Positions 12,685 through 27,202 of a stretch of 64,000 nt of DNA are shown here, piece after piece (the stretch's first letter is position 1; every line of letters starts with the position of its first letter). Below the pieces are notes generated by a model. It worked only from the letters and a program-made list of their open reading frames with translations, was not told the DNA's origin and did no database searches. A program made the position numbers and the translations under genes. Source of the DNA: the human T2T-CHM13v2.0 reference genome, Homo sapiens; the NCBI RefSeq assembly GCF_009914755.1, contig NC_060932.1; one strand, written 5' to 3'.

Positions 12685-13066
12685 TGTATTCATCTGTTTT
12701 TACGCTGCTATAAAGAACTACCTGAGACTGGGTAATTAATAAAGAAAAGAAGTTTAATTGACTGATAGTTCCACAAGCTCTACAGGAAGCATGACTGGAG
12801 GCCTCAGGAAACTTACAGTCCTGGTAGAATGCAAAGGGGAAGCAAGTACATCTTCACACAGTGGCAAGAGAGAGAGAAAGTGACGGGGGAAGTGCCACAC
12901 ACTTTTAAACCACCAGATCTCATGAGAACTCACTCGCTGTGATGAGAACAGCAAGGGGGAAGCCTGCCCCCATGGTCCAATCACCTCCCACCCAGTCCCT
13001 CCCCCAACATTGGGGATTACGATTCAACATGAGATTTGGGTGGGGACACAGATCCATACTATATCA
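12685..13066 (-). mobile_element. MSTA (MaLR) solo LTR
   Basis: tgtattc...ctatatca termini; colinear with antisense MSTA; TSD gaggc/gaagc. Confidence 0.88.
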
Positions 13067-13249
13067 GAAGCAAATCAGTATCTCAATATAACCTGTGATT
13101 TGTCTTGTGATGTATTAGTAATTTATTATGCATCAGTGTTACCTTACTATAGTTAAGGTGGTTCTTTTCATCCTAGATAATTCTTTTACCATAAGGAAAA
13201 AGCCATGTTGTCCCACTTCTATTTGGTAGATAGAGAGTGCAGGAAGAGG

Positions 13250-13745
13250 GAAACAGAAAGAATATCAGAGTGATAATAGGGCACAGTCAGTTTGGAAAAT
13301 GGGAGAATGTCAGTGTAGCTGTGGTGCAGAGTGGGAAGATACAAAAACAGCAAGAAATGAGGCTGGAGGGTTAAGTGGAAGCCAGACTGTAAAGTCTCTT
13401 GTTTGTCACACTGAATACTGGAGAACACTAAGGAGGGAATGACATAATCCAGTGTGATTTAAGGAAGAGCACCTACTGGAAGATTGTTGAGAATGAAGGA
13501 AAAAGAAAAAACATGAAAGAGTCTGGTCCTACAGTCCAGCTGATAACGAAAGCTTGGACTAAGGCAATGACCAGGGCCATTCCTAGAATAAGATTGTCTG
13601 GAGCTGACGAACAATTAACTATATGTATTTATGCAATTAACAATTAAATGTATGGTGAGTATGGAGCAGGTTCAAATTGGAGGGAGGAGATGGAACTCAC
13701 ACTTTCGGGCATGTTAAAATCAAGTTGCTGAGAATACTTTGGTGA
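13250..13745 (-). mobile_element. L2 fragments
   Basis: Purine-rich stretch with antisense L2 motifs; highly diverged. Confidence 0.45.
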
Positions 13746-16700
13746 CCTCGTACTGTATTCACTTCTTTCCAACTACCCCACCCAACAACAGCAACCTGTT
13801 TTCAGCCATAGTCTCCAGATCATCTGTCTACCTTTCAGACCAGACTCCACTCAAAGATACAGCCAGGTTCTGACTCTAGAGAAAACAAGTCTGGGAACAG
13901 GATCTGTGCCATGGATTGGTATGGGAGCAAATGCACAGAAGGGGCTGATACTGGACTATTTTTCTATATCTCATGGTCTAATCACTGATTTTTAATCACT
14001 TAATTTACACTGCTTTCTCTGAGATTATTTTAATCACCACTTTTTACAACATTGGCTGTGAGTCACTTTTGCAGAATGTGTTCAGAAAGAATGGCTGATC
14101 TTCCTTCTTTTCTCCTGATAATTTCAGTGCCTAATTTCCTACAGTTGAGTCTGTCTCCCATTGCCCAGCCCAGCCTCATAAATGAGTCTAATTCCAGATT
14201 ACCGAACTCCTCCCCATTTTCTCCACCCTGCCATGTGGTCCAAATATGACAAATGCCAGCATGCTGAGGCCCAGCAGACTAGGCTCTAAGTTCCTGTAAT
14301 TTTTCCTGTCTATAGTCAAGATCGGACCCAGGGCTTCTAAGATCACAGAGCCTGCGGTTAGGAGTCAAGTGACTTAAATGGCAAGAGAAGAGAGCTGTAG
14401 TATGTGGAAGCCAGGCAATTTCCGCAAAATGTTGTGATGCTAGTACCATTTGCAAATATTTCTTCTTTTTATAATCTTGTGCTGAAACTCTGGAGGCATA
14501 GGATATGTCTTTATTCTCTCACGTATTATCAAGGTTAAAGTGCACCATTTGTATTTCAGCCAAGGTTTTTTTTTTCCAAAATCAAGGGAAAGGTGGACAC
14601 AGAGTTGAAGGAATAATGATATTCAGATCATCAGCTCTTTTTTTCATCTTGTTGCAGATTGTCCACTCAGGAATTTACCCTTGGACATTTTTAATCTCAG
14701 GTCAGACTTCCTTCTGCCATTTGGCATTCTCCCAGGCAACCATCTCTTTCCATCAGTCAGTGGAAACATTCGCCAAGCATAATTAGGAAGGTAAATCTGC
14801 TGTAGAAATTGTCATGGTTTCATTAAATTTAGCCAGTGTTAAACAATGGATAGTCAGTTAATTTTCCTTTCCTGGAAATTTAAAAACAAATAACAAACTA
14901 ATCATTTAGACATATCTAAGCTGTATCTAAGTCAAACCACTGAAGCTTGTTTTTCTGATAATGGTACAGTTATATTCTTTTTTCAGTGCTAAGAAATGAA
15001 CTTTGAGATAGGAAGAAAGAAGGGGCACAAATATTGAAGGGAAAAGTAGAAAAGGACAGCAACAGAGGCCATTTTGTATCACAAAACCCTCATATAATTT
15101 AGAAATTCAGCTGCAAAACAAAACTCACTAGTTATATTGGTTTGCAGAATTGTCAGTCTGTTTTGCCAGAATGATCAACATTAGCAAGCAGCATCCTACT
15201 GTTCAGCTGTGGATTTAGGCTGGAGTCATAGAAGAGGATAATATGCTTATGAATAGCACCTCTCAGAGTGTGAAGTATACCTCCTGGCTGGCAATCTAAC
15301 CCTGCTTCTGGCAAGGCCCCATGCAAGGTGAAAGAAAGGGAGGGAGAAATTAATGAATATTATTTCCTCTTACTTAGGGTTTGCCAAAACTAGGACCTGG
15401 CATTGAATATTAAGAGCTGAAATAGTACACCCATAGTTTCTTTCATGTGCTAGATTAAAATTGATGTGACTTAGAGAAGTAGAAAAATGAGCACTGGATG
15501 CCCTTTCCATATGGTAAAAGTAAAAGCTTGACAACATCTCCTTCTCTTCTTGATCACAATCTTTTCAGTGTTCCTAATGACTTCTCTCTTCAGAAGAGAT
15601 TTGGATCTGAAAGCCTAATCAATGAGTTTTTTAAAGTTCTTATGACAATGTCTTCAAGATCACTTTGAAGGCTGAAGATTCTCAGAGCAAAAATACATAT
15701 ACTTATACACATATATAGCCAGCCACATTCACTAGCCATAACGAGTTAAGCATTTCACAGCAAATAATCCTGCCAAAATAGAAGCCTTAATTTTCTCAGC
15801 CCCAAATGAATTGTAAAAATAATCCATTCACCAATTACAAATGTGCCCAGAGAAAGCTATTATAGTGCAGCAAATGTATATCTTATATCCAAAGATGATG
15901 TTATTGTTGTAGTCTGTGATAGAATTTTCTCTTTAGATCATCTCTCCAGCAGTGGTAATGAGTTCACACACAGCTATTCACATACTTTCTTTTTTTGTCA
16001 TTGATGACCAAAATCCCCATTTGTTAGATAGTTGTCCAGAATTGGTGCCATCACAGCAAACTAGATCAAAGCTTGTAGTTAATAACTATTATCATTGCTA
16101 ATTTTTTTACTGCTACCAAAATTTGCAGTCTATAGAGTGAGGTTTTTGAAAAATGTTGTATGTGAAAGTGCTAGTCTTTTGTAAAGTAAGTAAAGCACAT
16201 TATTTATATTATATCACATATGTGTATTAAACTGGTTACTATTCTTGTAACTAATTCCTTATATCAGGGGGATAAGTATATTGAGTTATAAAAAGAACCA
16301 ATAGACTCTTTTTCTAACGGTTTATTGATATCAAAAAGTCCTAAATTTACTGCTTTAGAGCGAAAACTAGTACAAAACTTGGAAAACAAAGATAGGTACC
16401 CATTGATAATGCAATTAAATTATAAAAAGTATATACAATAAAATAAAGTTAGAGTGGACTATCAGCATCCATTTTGCAAACAATTAACTATGAAACTATA
16501 GAACCATCTTTTTTGAACTCTAGGTTTCAAATAAATTTAGCCTAGGCTTTTTAAGAAGCCAATGCAAATAGTGTCTAAATTTTGAATGTTGTAAAACTGT
16601 CAGATAGACCTTACAATTCCTATTTTTTTCCAAGAGTAAATGCCAGTTAAAAATCTATTCAGCACCTGTTCCATGGTTTTAGATAAACAGTCAAATTAAA

Positions 16701-17279
16701 GATAACAAAGAAGTTTCCCTATCTTGCAAGTTCCAGATATAGGTTCACTAGCTTAAGAAGAAATCTTTTACGAAAGCAATATACTATATAAGGGCATGGA
16801 TTAGGTGATCCTTCTTAGGATCTTCTCTTCTCTTCCAGCTTTGTGACTATATATTTAAATAATAATCATTAGAAGAAAATTTAATATCCTTTTAATTTGA
16901 CATTATTTTCCCCTCCTCCCCCAATGACTGGACATGTGCTTTGAAGCAGCATAATGTAATGGATGAAAACAAGAAGTTTGTCATCAGAAAACACAGACAC
17001 TTTCCTCTGCCATTACAGGTTTAGTTTCCTTACAATCATAAAGAAAATAATAGTGATACTTTCCTTACATAACTCACATGGTGAGTTTCAAATGACACAG
17101 AAATAGGAAAGCAATTTGTAAAACTTAAAGTCCCATATGAAGGGGTTAAAGTTGCACATTTATTTAGTTGTTTTTTCTAATTGTCATAATGATAAGTAGA
17201 CATTAAATTAGGCCTTGTTGATATTGATAAAATGCATTTCCTTAATGGCTAACCATGATTTAGGAATGTAATCTGTGAA

Positions 17280-18040
17280 AAAAATTAATTGAAATTATTT
17301 AAAGCTAAGGGATCAAAACAGGATATCTAAAATTAAAAACTTGCTGGATGAGTTTGTCAGCAGACTGGACCCATCAGAAGACAGGATTAGAATGTTCAAA
17401 GAAAAAATAATAAAAAAGATTTATATTAAATCACTAGTAGGAAAAAAATAATATAGTGAAAAAGCAAAATAAATATGTAAGACATGATCAATAGTTCTAA
17501 CACACATGCAATTGGAGTCCCAAATTAAGAGAAAGGAGAGAATGGAGCAGAAGCAATATTTGGAAAAACAATTGCTGAGAATATTCCAAAAATATCAAAA
17601 ACCTCAGGGAACCTCAAGCAGAATAAATACAAAAGAAACCACACAGGGTCATAACCTAATCAAATGCTGAAAATCAAAGACAAAGAGAAAACCCTTAAAA
17701 GCAGTGAGAAATAATTTTTCAAAGGACCCTGCAAAGGAGCATTAGTAAGACTGATGACTGACTGTTTGTCAAGAACTATGAAAGCCAAATGACAATAAAA
17801 TGACATCTTTAAAATACAGGAAAAAATTCCATCAAGCTGGAATTTTATGCCACGCCAAGAAAAAACTTCAAAAAATGAAGGTAAAATAAATATTTTAATG
17901 CAAAATTGAAGACATACAATTAATTACCAGCAGATTATATGACAAAAGTTTACTAAATAAAAGTTCTTTAAGCTAAAGGAAAATAATACTAGATAGAAAT
18001 ACAGAATGAAAATAGGATTTCAAAACACAAGAAAGGATTT
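17280..18040 (+). mobile_element. old L1M ORF1-region fragment
   Basis: attggagtcccaaa...aatggagcagaagcaatatttg...aaatgctgaaaatcaaagacaaagagaaa. Confidence 0.78.
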
Positions 18041-18049
18041 TTGTTGTGT

Positions 18050-18285
18050 GAATTTAAGATGCTTGGAACTTCTGCAGCCATTTGGCAACCGTTAGAGAGA
18101 TATTTACTCCTGATAAACAGAGGTCAGGCAAACCAAAAGATAGGAAAAGTCCTTAAGGCATCATAGAACTAGTGAAGCATATCTGGAACTGTCTATGTAG
18201 ACTTCTTAAGTTAGATAATAAATATTTTTATTATTCAAAACAATTTTTTAATTTAAAAAACTAGCAACTTTTGCTTCTAACATTA
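18050..18285 (+). mobile_element. old MLT1 (J/K-like) LTR fragment
   Basis: gatgcttggaacttctgcagccatttggcaacc...agacttcttaagttagataataaat. Confidence 0.5.
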
Positions 18286-18619
18286 TGGCAGGCTAGATAA
18301 TCTGAGAGATAATGTTGCAGCAGAAAGGATGTATTTTGGATGGGACAAACTCCATTCCATTGCTTTTCTTGAAGGAAACATGTGAGGTCTCCAAGGAGCA
18401 CCCTTCCTGCTCCCAAAATAATCAACTGTCAGCATGCGGGTTTGGATTACCCTATGGGTGGATATTAATATCACCACTGCTATTTGGATATCAAGATGAG
18501 ATTCAATGACAAGAAGGAAAAACTGAGCCTAGCCTCTATGCTAACCAAAACCAATGAGAAAAGGTGAAGGAAGAAGTCCTCTGTGGAGGGAAACTACTCT
18601 ACTCTAATGTAGATCCACA

Positions 18620-19275
18620 TGACTATCATGGGTTAAAATCAATCAATGAGTTTACAATGGAAAAACAATTAGCAAGCATTTAAGAATACAAACCACCAGA
18701 AGTAAAAGTGACAAAAAGTAACAAACAACAGAATTGGCTGCACAAAAAACTACAGATATAGAAAATGGAATATGAGAACAAGTATACATTTTTCTAATGT
18801 TTATAGAAATAATATGCACAACAACTCAGATGAACACATAACAAGAAACCATCCAAATGAACAGGCAGATTTGAAAAAAAATGACACTTTAGGGGGGAAA
18901 TATGTAGAACTTCTTAATTTAAAAGAAAAACTCAACAAAAAGGATAAAGAGCAAATCAAGCACTGTTGCCCATGAAACATGAGCACTCTGATGGGAATAT
19001 CCTTAAAGTAGCTTAGCGAGATAAGAAAATATATTAAGAAGCTAAGAGATATGATGGGTAAAATGAGGCTACAACCACCCAGAGACACAAGAGGAAATAA
19101 GAGAGGGAGGTGGGGAAGGAAAGGCAATATTTAAAAAGAAAATGGCTGAAAGTTTTGCAAAACTAAAATCTAATAAGAATATGAATTCATGGATCTAAGA
19201 AACATACTGTATTCCAAAGGAGATAAATAAAAATTGATCTACATCTAGCACTTAGAAAAGGCAAAGCGCTAAAGA
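18620..19275 (+). mobile_element. old L1M ORF1-region fragment
   Basis: A-rich; aggcaatatttaaaaagaaaatggctgaaagttttgcaaaac. Confidence 0.6.
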
Positions 19276-19280
19276 AGATC

Positions 19281-19394
19281 TTTTTATTTATTTATTTATT
19301 TATTTATTTATTTTTGAGATGGAGCCTCGCCCTGTCGCTCAGGCTGGAGTACAATGGCGCAATCTCAGCTGACTGCAACCTCCGCCTCCCAGGT
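19281..19394 (-). mobile_element. Alu right-arm fragment with (TTTA)n tail
   Basis: gagatggagcctcgccctgtcgctcaggctggagtacaatggcgcaatctc; breaks off after ~80 bp; no TSD seen. Confidence 0.88.
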
Positions 19395-19589
19395 GTCCCA
19401 GTTTCCATATATCACACACATCTCTATTCCATAGAAACCTATGTCACAAGATTGTGCATAGAAATTTTTTAAGCACCATGCAACCATGAAATTTAGTTCA
19501 TAATAGAAAATAATCATAATTTGAACTATAGAATCTTATCTGCGGAAGGCCCAATAACAAATAATATTTCATAACTAAGAAAAATCAGG

Positions 19590-20060
19590 CCTTCAATATA
19601 GTCATTTTCTCTGATTTCACACTTCCAGACATCTCTTCTGGTCTCATGCCCCCACGCCCCACTGCTGCCCCTTCAGCACACAGACCAACAACATGCTTTT
19701 CCCATGTGAGCCATAATGGGCTGTGCAGGGCCATGTGTCTATGACTTTGCACATGTTCTCTTTGCATTGAATACCCTTTCCGCTTCCCCAACTGGCAAAC
19801 TACAACTCATCCTTCAACATGCTGCTCATTTTCTGTTCCTGTCCCTAAGCAAAGCAGATGAATCACTGCCTCCTCTAAAGCCCCATGGTAACTGGTGCCC
19901 ACTTCCATAGCTGTACATATCACAGTGTTGTAAATGTTTCTTTACTTATCTCTCCCCCTCACTAAACCGTGTGCTCCTTGAAGAAAGACAAACTACAACT
20001 AACTCATCTTTGTAACCCCCAAGACCAGTACAACATTGGCTTACTGACAGAGTTCAGGGA
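19590..20060 (+). mobile_element. L2 fragment
   Basis: actttgcacatgttctctttgcattgaataccctt...actaaaccgtgtgctccttgaag. Confidence 0.55.
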
Positions 20061-20843
20061 ATGTATATATATATATATTCATTGTATAACATATAATGTA
20101 TATACAATATATAATGTATATACAATGAATAAAATGAATGGATGCTTCCCTGAGTTTACATGGTCTTAGTCAGGGCTGGAACTGGAACCTGGATCTTCTG
20201 ATTCCCATCCAGGCCAGTGTTCTTTTTATTACATCCTAGAGCATGTTCTACATGTTCTAACACAGATTGTGGTCTTGGGACATTTGGAGCAACAACCATG
20301 AAAAAGACAATGCCATCTTCTCAAGTGACGCAGGCTATAAGGGAAACAGAGCAGTACCATTTCATAATTCATCGAGTTCATCGGAGGTTCCCTGAGAGAT
20401 TGTGTGACACTTGTACACCTGGTGGAATTGAGCAATGAAAATCCAAAAATGGGATCAGGAAAAGAACAGAAGCAGTTTGTACTTACTTACACCCATTTAG
20501 ACCTGTTGGGCTTGGGAAAAATGGCAGACAGTTCCGGACAGTTCCAGGGAGTGTTTGCAATGAAGAAAGCAAGGATTTCAACTCCTGTTCAGAGTTCTAA
20601 AAATGCATTTCAGTGATTCCACTACTTGAGAGTTTTCTGGGTAAACTGCCCAATTGTGATTGAGATGAGCAGCAAGTCAGTGAGAGTCGGATAAGGAAGA
20701 AAAAGAAACACACAAAGACAGAGGGAATGTATGTAGGAGGGAAGGAAAAGATAGGGGCAAGGGAAAGGAAGTTTGGATAAATTCGCCAACTAAAGATGTT
20801 TTAATTAAATTAATGGCAGAACTCTGTTAAGATAAGTATATTA

Positions 20844-20978
20844 GCCAGACACAGTGGCACACTCCTGCAGTCCCAACTAATTGGGAGGCTGATGAGAGAG
20901 GACCACTTGGGCCCAGGAGTTCAAATCCAGCCTGGGCAACATAATGAGACCCCATCTCTAAAACAAACAAATAAAAAA
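20844..20978 (+). mobile_element. FLAM (free left Alu monomer)
   Basis: Single monomer ending cccaggagttcaaatccagcctgggcaacataatgagaccccatctct plus A tail; degenerate TSD aagata..tata. Confidence 0.8.
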
Positions 20979-21170
20979 AGATATGCATATACTAACAAAG
21001 CATAGTTATAAAAAAGAAAGGGAAGCCCTTTTCTTTTATCCACTATAAGGTATCCTCCTCCTCTTCTTGTTTCCATTTTCTTGGGAAAGAACTTCACTTG
21101 CAAAGAATAGATAAACAAAATAGGTAACCAAGGAGTTAGATATCACACACTCTAAAATAGTTCTAAGCTC

Positions 21171-21742
21171 TGTATTATTAGTTTTCTCATGCTGCTGTAA
21201 CAAACGACCACAAACTTCATTGCTTAGAACAACACAAATTTATTAGGATACAGTTCTGTAGACGAGAAGCCCAACATAGGTCTCACTGGGCTAAAATCAA
21301 GGTGCAACCATGCTGTGCTCCTCTCTGGAGGCTTTAAGAAAGAATCCATTTCTGTTCATGCAGATCAGTAGCCGAATTCAGTTCCTTGAAGTTGTGGGAC
21401 TGAGGCCCCTGTTTTCTTGCTGGCTATCAGTTGAGATTTATTCCCAGGTTCCAAAGGTCACCCGTATTCCTTAGCTTATCGTCCCTTCCCTCTGTCTTCA
21501 AAACCACACCCCTCTCTCACTTCAACTCTCTCCTGCCTGTTCTGTTGCATCTGTCTTCCTTCTGCCATCCTCTTCCACAGTTAAGGATGCCTGTAATTAC
21601 ACTGGGTCCCCCCAGGTAATCCAGAATAATCTCCTTATTTTAAAGTCCATAACCTTAAACCCATCTCCCGAGTTCCTATGGACATGTAAGGTAACATCTT
21701 CACAGGTCCCAGAGATTGGGGGCCATTATTTTACTGACCATA
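21171..21742 (-). mobile_element. MLT1D/E-like LTR
   Basis: gctgctgtaacaaacgaccacaaactt...ggtctcactgggctaaaatcaaggtg...taatccagaataatctcc. Confidence 0.82.
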
Positions 21743-21869
21743 CCCTTCTTTCACTGGACAAAGGAATCCAAGAGGTCACTAGATTGTGTCTGCAAAGATA
21801 TCAGCCACGAAACAAAGCTTAGACGAGACTAGGAGTGGATATAACAATAACTATGCACATGCCGGGCAT

Positions 21870-22380
21870 TCACTCTCATATTCATGAACAAAGGCTTATC
21901 AAGTACCTGCTGTGGTCCAAAAGGCCTATGGTGGGTACTAAAACAAAACAAGGCCATGTTGTGTTCCCCACCCAGAAGTACACAGTGAGGTGGAAGGCAG
22001 GACAGCCAATCAACTTCAATGCCACATGGCAAGTGCAATGTGTGGTGAAGGTACACATGCAGGCAGGGAGGAAAGAGGGCCCAGACAGAGAAACGCAATC
22101 AGAGAGGCTTCTAGAAGGAAGCACAGCCTTAATAATGGAGGATAATACACACAAAAGCTGTGAGTGGTCTGCTGTGATGAAGTCTGGGACATGTTTGGGA
22201 GATGAGAAGGAAAGGAAGGCAGGAGACAGGTCAGCAGTATCACATATGTGCCCCATGGTAAGGAGTTTGGATGGTACCCGAAGGGCAATGAGAATTCACT
22301 GGAAGATTTTAAGCAGATATGTAATCAGATTGTTTTCCTAAGATCACTTATGAAGCAGATAGGAAAGAACTATAGCAGTA
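21870..22380 (-). mobile_element. L2 fragment
   Basis: cactctcatattcatgaac...actggaagattttaagcag; explains the overlapping ORFs here. Confidence 0.6.
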
Positions 22381-22991
22381 AGCTTGAAAAATAATTTCCA
22401 ACCCATTTACTCAGGAGTTAAAGAAATCTATACAGTTAAGTATAAAATTAAGCCATAAGAGCTGGTATTAAAGTCTATAAATACAACTCCCTCCTTCTGT
22501 CCCCATTTGTAATTTCTTTGTGGCAATTGTACAGGGACAATCTTAAGGTATTTTTTTTTTCTCAAGTAAACCGTTATGGGAATGTTCCAGGGAGATTTGA
22601 AAATTGACATGCAGGTTTCAAACTACTCCCCTACCCAAGAACACACAATCTCTTTTTCCCCCTCTAATAGTTCTTGCTTTCTTCCATCCACTACCTTCCC
22701 CTCCCTCAGGCCCACTCACCTTCCACTATAGACAGATTCGTGGGAAATTACATCACATTTTAAATCCAGCAAAAGAGATTTATATTTAAAGAAATTCTAT
22801 ATTTTCATAACATGTTTTCTGAATATAAAAGTAATACATTTCCTAGTCAAAATTTTGGATAACTATAAAGAAGTTCTGATGGAAATTCTTTAATCTCTTT
22901 TTTAAAAGAAGGAACACTTTTAAAAGTGTGAATACAGTACAATTTTTATTTCTCAATTATATTCTAATAAAGAACATATATGACTGTATTC

Positions 22992-23411
22992 TGTATTAGT
23001 CTGTTCTTGCATTTCTTTAAAGAAATACCTGAAACTGGGTAGGTTTTATGGAAAATAGGTTTAATTGGCTCATGGTTCTGCAGGCTATATAAGAAGCATA
23101 GTGCTGGCATCTGCTCAGCGTCTAGGGAGGCCTTAAGAAGCTTACAATAATGGCGGAAGGGGAAGCAGGTACAGGCAGGGCACACAGCTAAAGCAGGAAC
23201 AAGAGAGAGAGAGAGAGAGAGAGTGGGAGGGGAGGAGCCACACACTTTTAAATGACCAGATCTTGCAAGAACTCATTATTATGAAGATAGCACCAGGCCA
23301 TGAGGGATCCACCCCCATGATCCAAACACCTCCCACCAGGCCTCACCTCCAGCACTGGGGATTGCAATTCAACATGAGATTTGGACGGGGACAAATATCC
23401 AAACTATATCA
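22992..23411 (-). mobile_element. MSTA (MaLR) solo LTR
   Basis: tgtattagtctgttcttgc...ccaaactatatca termini; TSD tattc/tactc; internal (GA)n. Confidence 0.88.
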
Positions 23412-23594
23412 TACTCTAATGGCATATTTTATTATACTGGGTTGTTGTTTTACTTAACATATAAGGAGAATTATTTTGTCCTTAAATATTAAAATACTAT
23501 TTTAATGACTAGACAGATGTTTTCATGACTATATACATATTATAATGACTATCATAATTTGCTTAACTATAATTTATCAATCTCCTATTATTGA

Positions 23595-23955
<361 letters not shown>

Positions 23956-24230
23956 TAAGCATCTTTGATTTTCTGGAATTTATAGACATCTTGTGGATTA
24001 CTATTATTATTATTATTATTGCTTTTGTATGAATCTAGAATTTAATTGAAAACTAAGAAAGCTTAGTAAAGTATACCTTTGGCAAACTGATACTATCCTC
24101 TCAAGAAAAACAAAGAAAAATAACATGGAAATATTGCCATGATTCCTTTTAGTGAAAGGAAAGTCAGGACACAGGCAATGACAGAGATCTGCAAGGAGAG
24201 AACGTTTTAGACCAGGAACTCGAAACACAG

Positions 24231-24863
24231 TATAAAAGAATGTAAAATTTCAGGACCCTCTAAATGTATATTATGCCAAGGGGGAAGTTAAGCCTTGGAG
24301 ACTGAGTCATGCAGCATGTTTGCAATGTCTGCTTCTTAGATTATAGCTTAACTCTCCTCCTTATTTTTCTTCTGTAAGCTTAACTCTCTTCCTTTTAACT
24401 TATAGATCTCTTCGTCATAGCTTACCTTTCTTCCTTATTTTGCTCTGTAAATGACTGGGAGAAACCAGAGACCAGACCTCTCACTTCCAATCACCGATCT
24501 TTGTTATAGATTAACTGCCTCGTTTATTGTCCTGTCCCTAACTCAGACCAGATGGTGCCCACGACTCCATGACCATTACAACTTCAGTGTGGAATGTTAC
24601 ATATACTTTTCCAGAAAGAAAAAGACCACCTCAACTAATCAGTGGTTGTAACTGTGCATTAAGCTTTACATAGAAAGATGTTGAAATTCTGTTAAGCTTC
24701 CCTAAATGTTATCTACATTAATGATGCCAAACTTCTACACCTCGGAACACTGACATTCATTGTTTGGACTCTGTGCTTCTCTGGTGGCCTGTCCTCAAAC
24801 TTTGCACTTGAATAAACTCTCTTCAAACTAAATTCTGAACCTTTTGATTATTTTAGGTTGACA
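24231..24863 (+). mobile_element. ERV1 MER4-group solo LTR (MER72-like)
   Basis: tcaggaccctctaaa...ccaagggggaagttaagccttggagactgagtca start; aataaa then ttgattattttaggttgaca end; 4-bp TSD acag/acaa. Confidence 0.8.
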
Positions 24864-26689
24864 ACAAAGAAGCATACGAATATACTGAGCTCTGGGGATA
24901 CAGCTGTAGCAAGCTAGACACAGCCTCACCCTTCCAGAGTTCAGCGTCTAACCAGGTAGAAGTACTTACAGAAATGACGTGGGAGAATGATGCTAGGACT
25001 GATGCAAAAATTGTACCTATAAATAATTTTAGGGGGACACATGATTATTAAGCCTCCTTGTCTACTATTAATTCCTTATCCTTCACAAATATTAATCAAA
25101 GATACTCCCGCATTTATACTAGTTTCTTTCATTAGGTCCTAGACCCTTATGCATCAGATAACATTTTGCCTTCATTAGCACTATAATATCTTGTCTTGAA
25201 TTTTGAAAAATGGCTCCTTTCTGTGATAGAAAGTCATTCAGCATCTATTAGCCATACCCTGGTGGCATTTTTAGATCCCTATTTGTAGGATCAGTGTTCA
25301 AGGTGTCTGCCCCCTTTCAGCATCTTCCAGGCAACCATGATGTTATTTGTCTTTTTTAAGGTTTGCAAATTCATATATCTTAATATGCAACATACCACTA
25401 ATTAACTGGATGATCTGCTTACCTTTTAACACTTAAATGCAATTCTTTCCTTCCCTATTGGCACAAACCTAGGCACTTTTTAATTTAAAAGCCTCCATCT
25501 GAAAAGAATATTTGCAAATCAACAAGGAAGGACAAATGGTGAAGAGGGGAGGGAGTGCGTAAACTTTTTCTGAAGAATGTGCTAAACTCTTCACTATTTA
25601 ATAGATAAGAATGAATACTGCTGTTTAACTAGATCCAGTCTCTGAAATATCTAATTAAAACTGATGTGCTTATTTAGTTTCCAATTCATCACAGGTGGGC
25701 CCACATTAATGTGAAAATGAGAGTAAATTACCAGCATTTGGCAATCTCACTGAATGTCATTCACGTTATTAACTCAAACCTCAAAATGCATTTTAAAATG
25801 TGGTTCATAGGTAGGGCACCGTCTCTCCACACAAACAAAAATCTTCCCCCACTAAGCTTATGGAATTTTACTTTTATGTAGAAGGTTCCCAGTGACACAA
25901 GTCCACCCACTCAAAACACCTCGCCCGTGATCCAATACGGGTGTCACAGGGAAGACGGTGGGAGCAATGCCCCCTCCCTTCCCAGACATTAGTGTCTCCT
26001 GGGAATGACTGTTTAGTTTGGCCCAACTCTCTTCTAGCTTGTCAAGCAGAACTTTATTAAAAATTCAGTTCATTTAACTTTACAGAGAGATTCTTTACTA
26101 GTAGTCCTCACACAGTACCAGAAAGGGATCGCAGTTTCAACTCCATCCCAGCGAACAGCCTCCCCACAGCACATAAGCTCTGAACCCTTTATCCTTTCTC
26201 TTTTCACATCTACAAAATGGAAAGTCATCTTCCATGTAATTTGTCATTGAAAGACTCTTTCCAATAGTGTGCTGAAATGTATTTGGAAATGCATAGATGA
26301 GAAGAATCTTCCACATTGACTTTGTTCAGTCCACACAACATACACAGTGGCTGGTCAGCATTTCAAATGTTTTCCCTATTTTTTCTAAAGCTTTCAAATC
26401 CACATGGAAGATAATTTATTTCACTTTTAAAGCACCCACTGTTAGAGGCTAATTTATAAACTGAATAAATTATTCCAGGGGCATGGAAAGCAAGCCAAGA
26501 AAACTTCCACTTTAAATACACTCACACATTCATCTCTCCTCCACCTGCTTTCAATGCCCAAAATCTTACATGGAAACTTATTCTCTCAATTTAAGGTTGT
26601 GAACCCTTCAGATTGAAACATCAGATTTTTTGGCAAAGAGTATAAATGATCAATAAACATGATATGGTACTTAATTTCACAAGGAGTCT

Positions 26690-27200
26690 AGGAAATCAGA
26701 TTAAAGCAATATCAAGGTACCCATATTAGCCCACCAACTTGAGGAAAGTTTACAAAACAGTAACATGCTGTGCTGGTGAGGAAGCGGACAGTCTCCTCCT
26801 CGTGCAGTGGTGGCAGGAGTGTGACTCGTTATGAACTTTTCATAAAAACAAGCAAATTTTGTCATGTGTACTTTACCACATTTAAAATTTTAAAATAGTA
26901 ATAATCTAGAAGTAGGTATTATAATTAAATATATCCAAATCCTTTGGCCCATCCTCACCTTTGAATCTATCCAGTAGAAAACAATATACTAGTACCTAAG
27001 GATATATGTAAAACAATAATTGCAGCATTGTTTATGACAGGGTGGGAGGGCAGATAGCTGCATACATTAGGTTCATCTATGCTATGGAATATTATGCAGG
27101 GTTTTTTTTTTTACTCTATTATCTATTCTTTACTAACCTGGAGAAATGTCTATGGTCCATAGTTAGGTGAGAAAAGCATATTGTAGAGTATTATAAATAA
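26690..27200 (+). mobile_element. L1ME-type 3' fragments
   Basis: tgctggtgaggaagcgg...ttgcagcattgtttatgacag...ctatggaatattatgcag. Confidence 0.6.
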
Positions 27201-27202
27201 GA

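Noticed and set aside
21835-22341. Longest ORF (168 aa) with overlapping antisense ORFs
   Set aside because: Lies in an L2 relic, has no recognisable domain, and is consistent with chance
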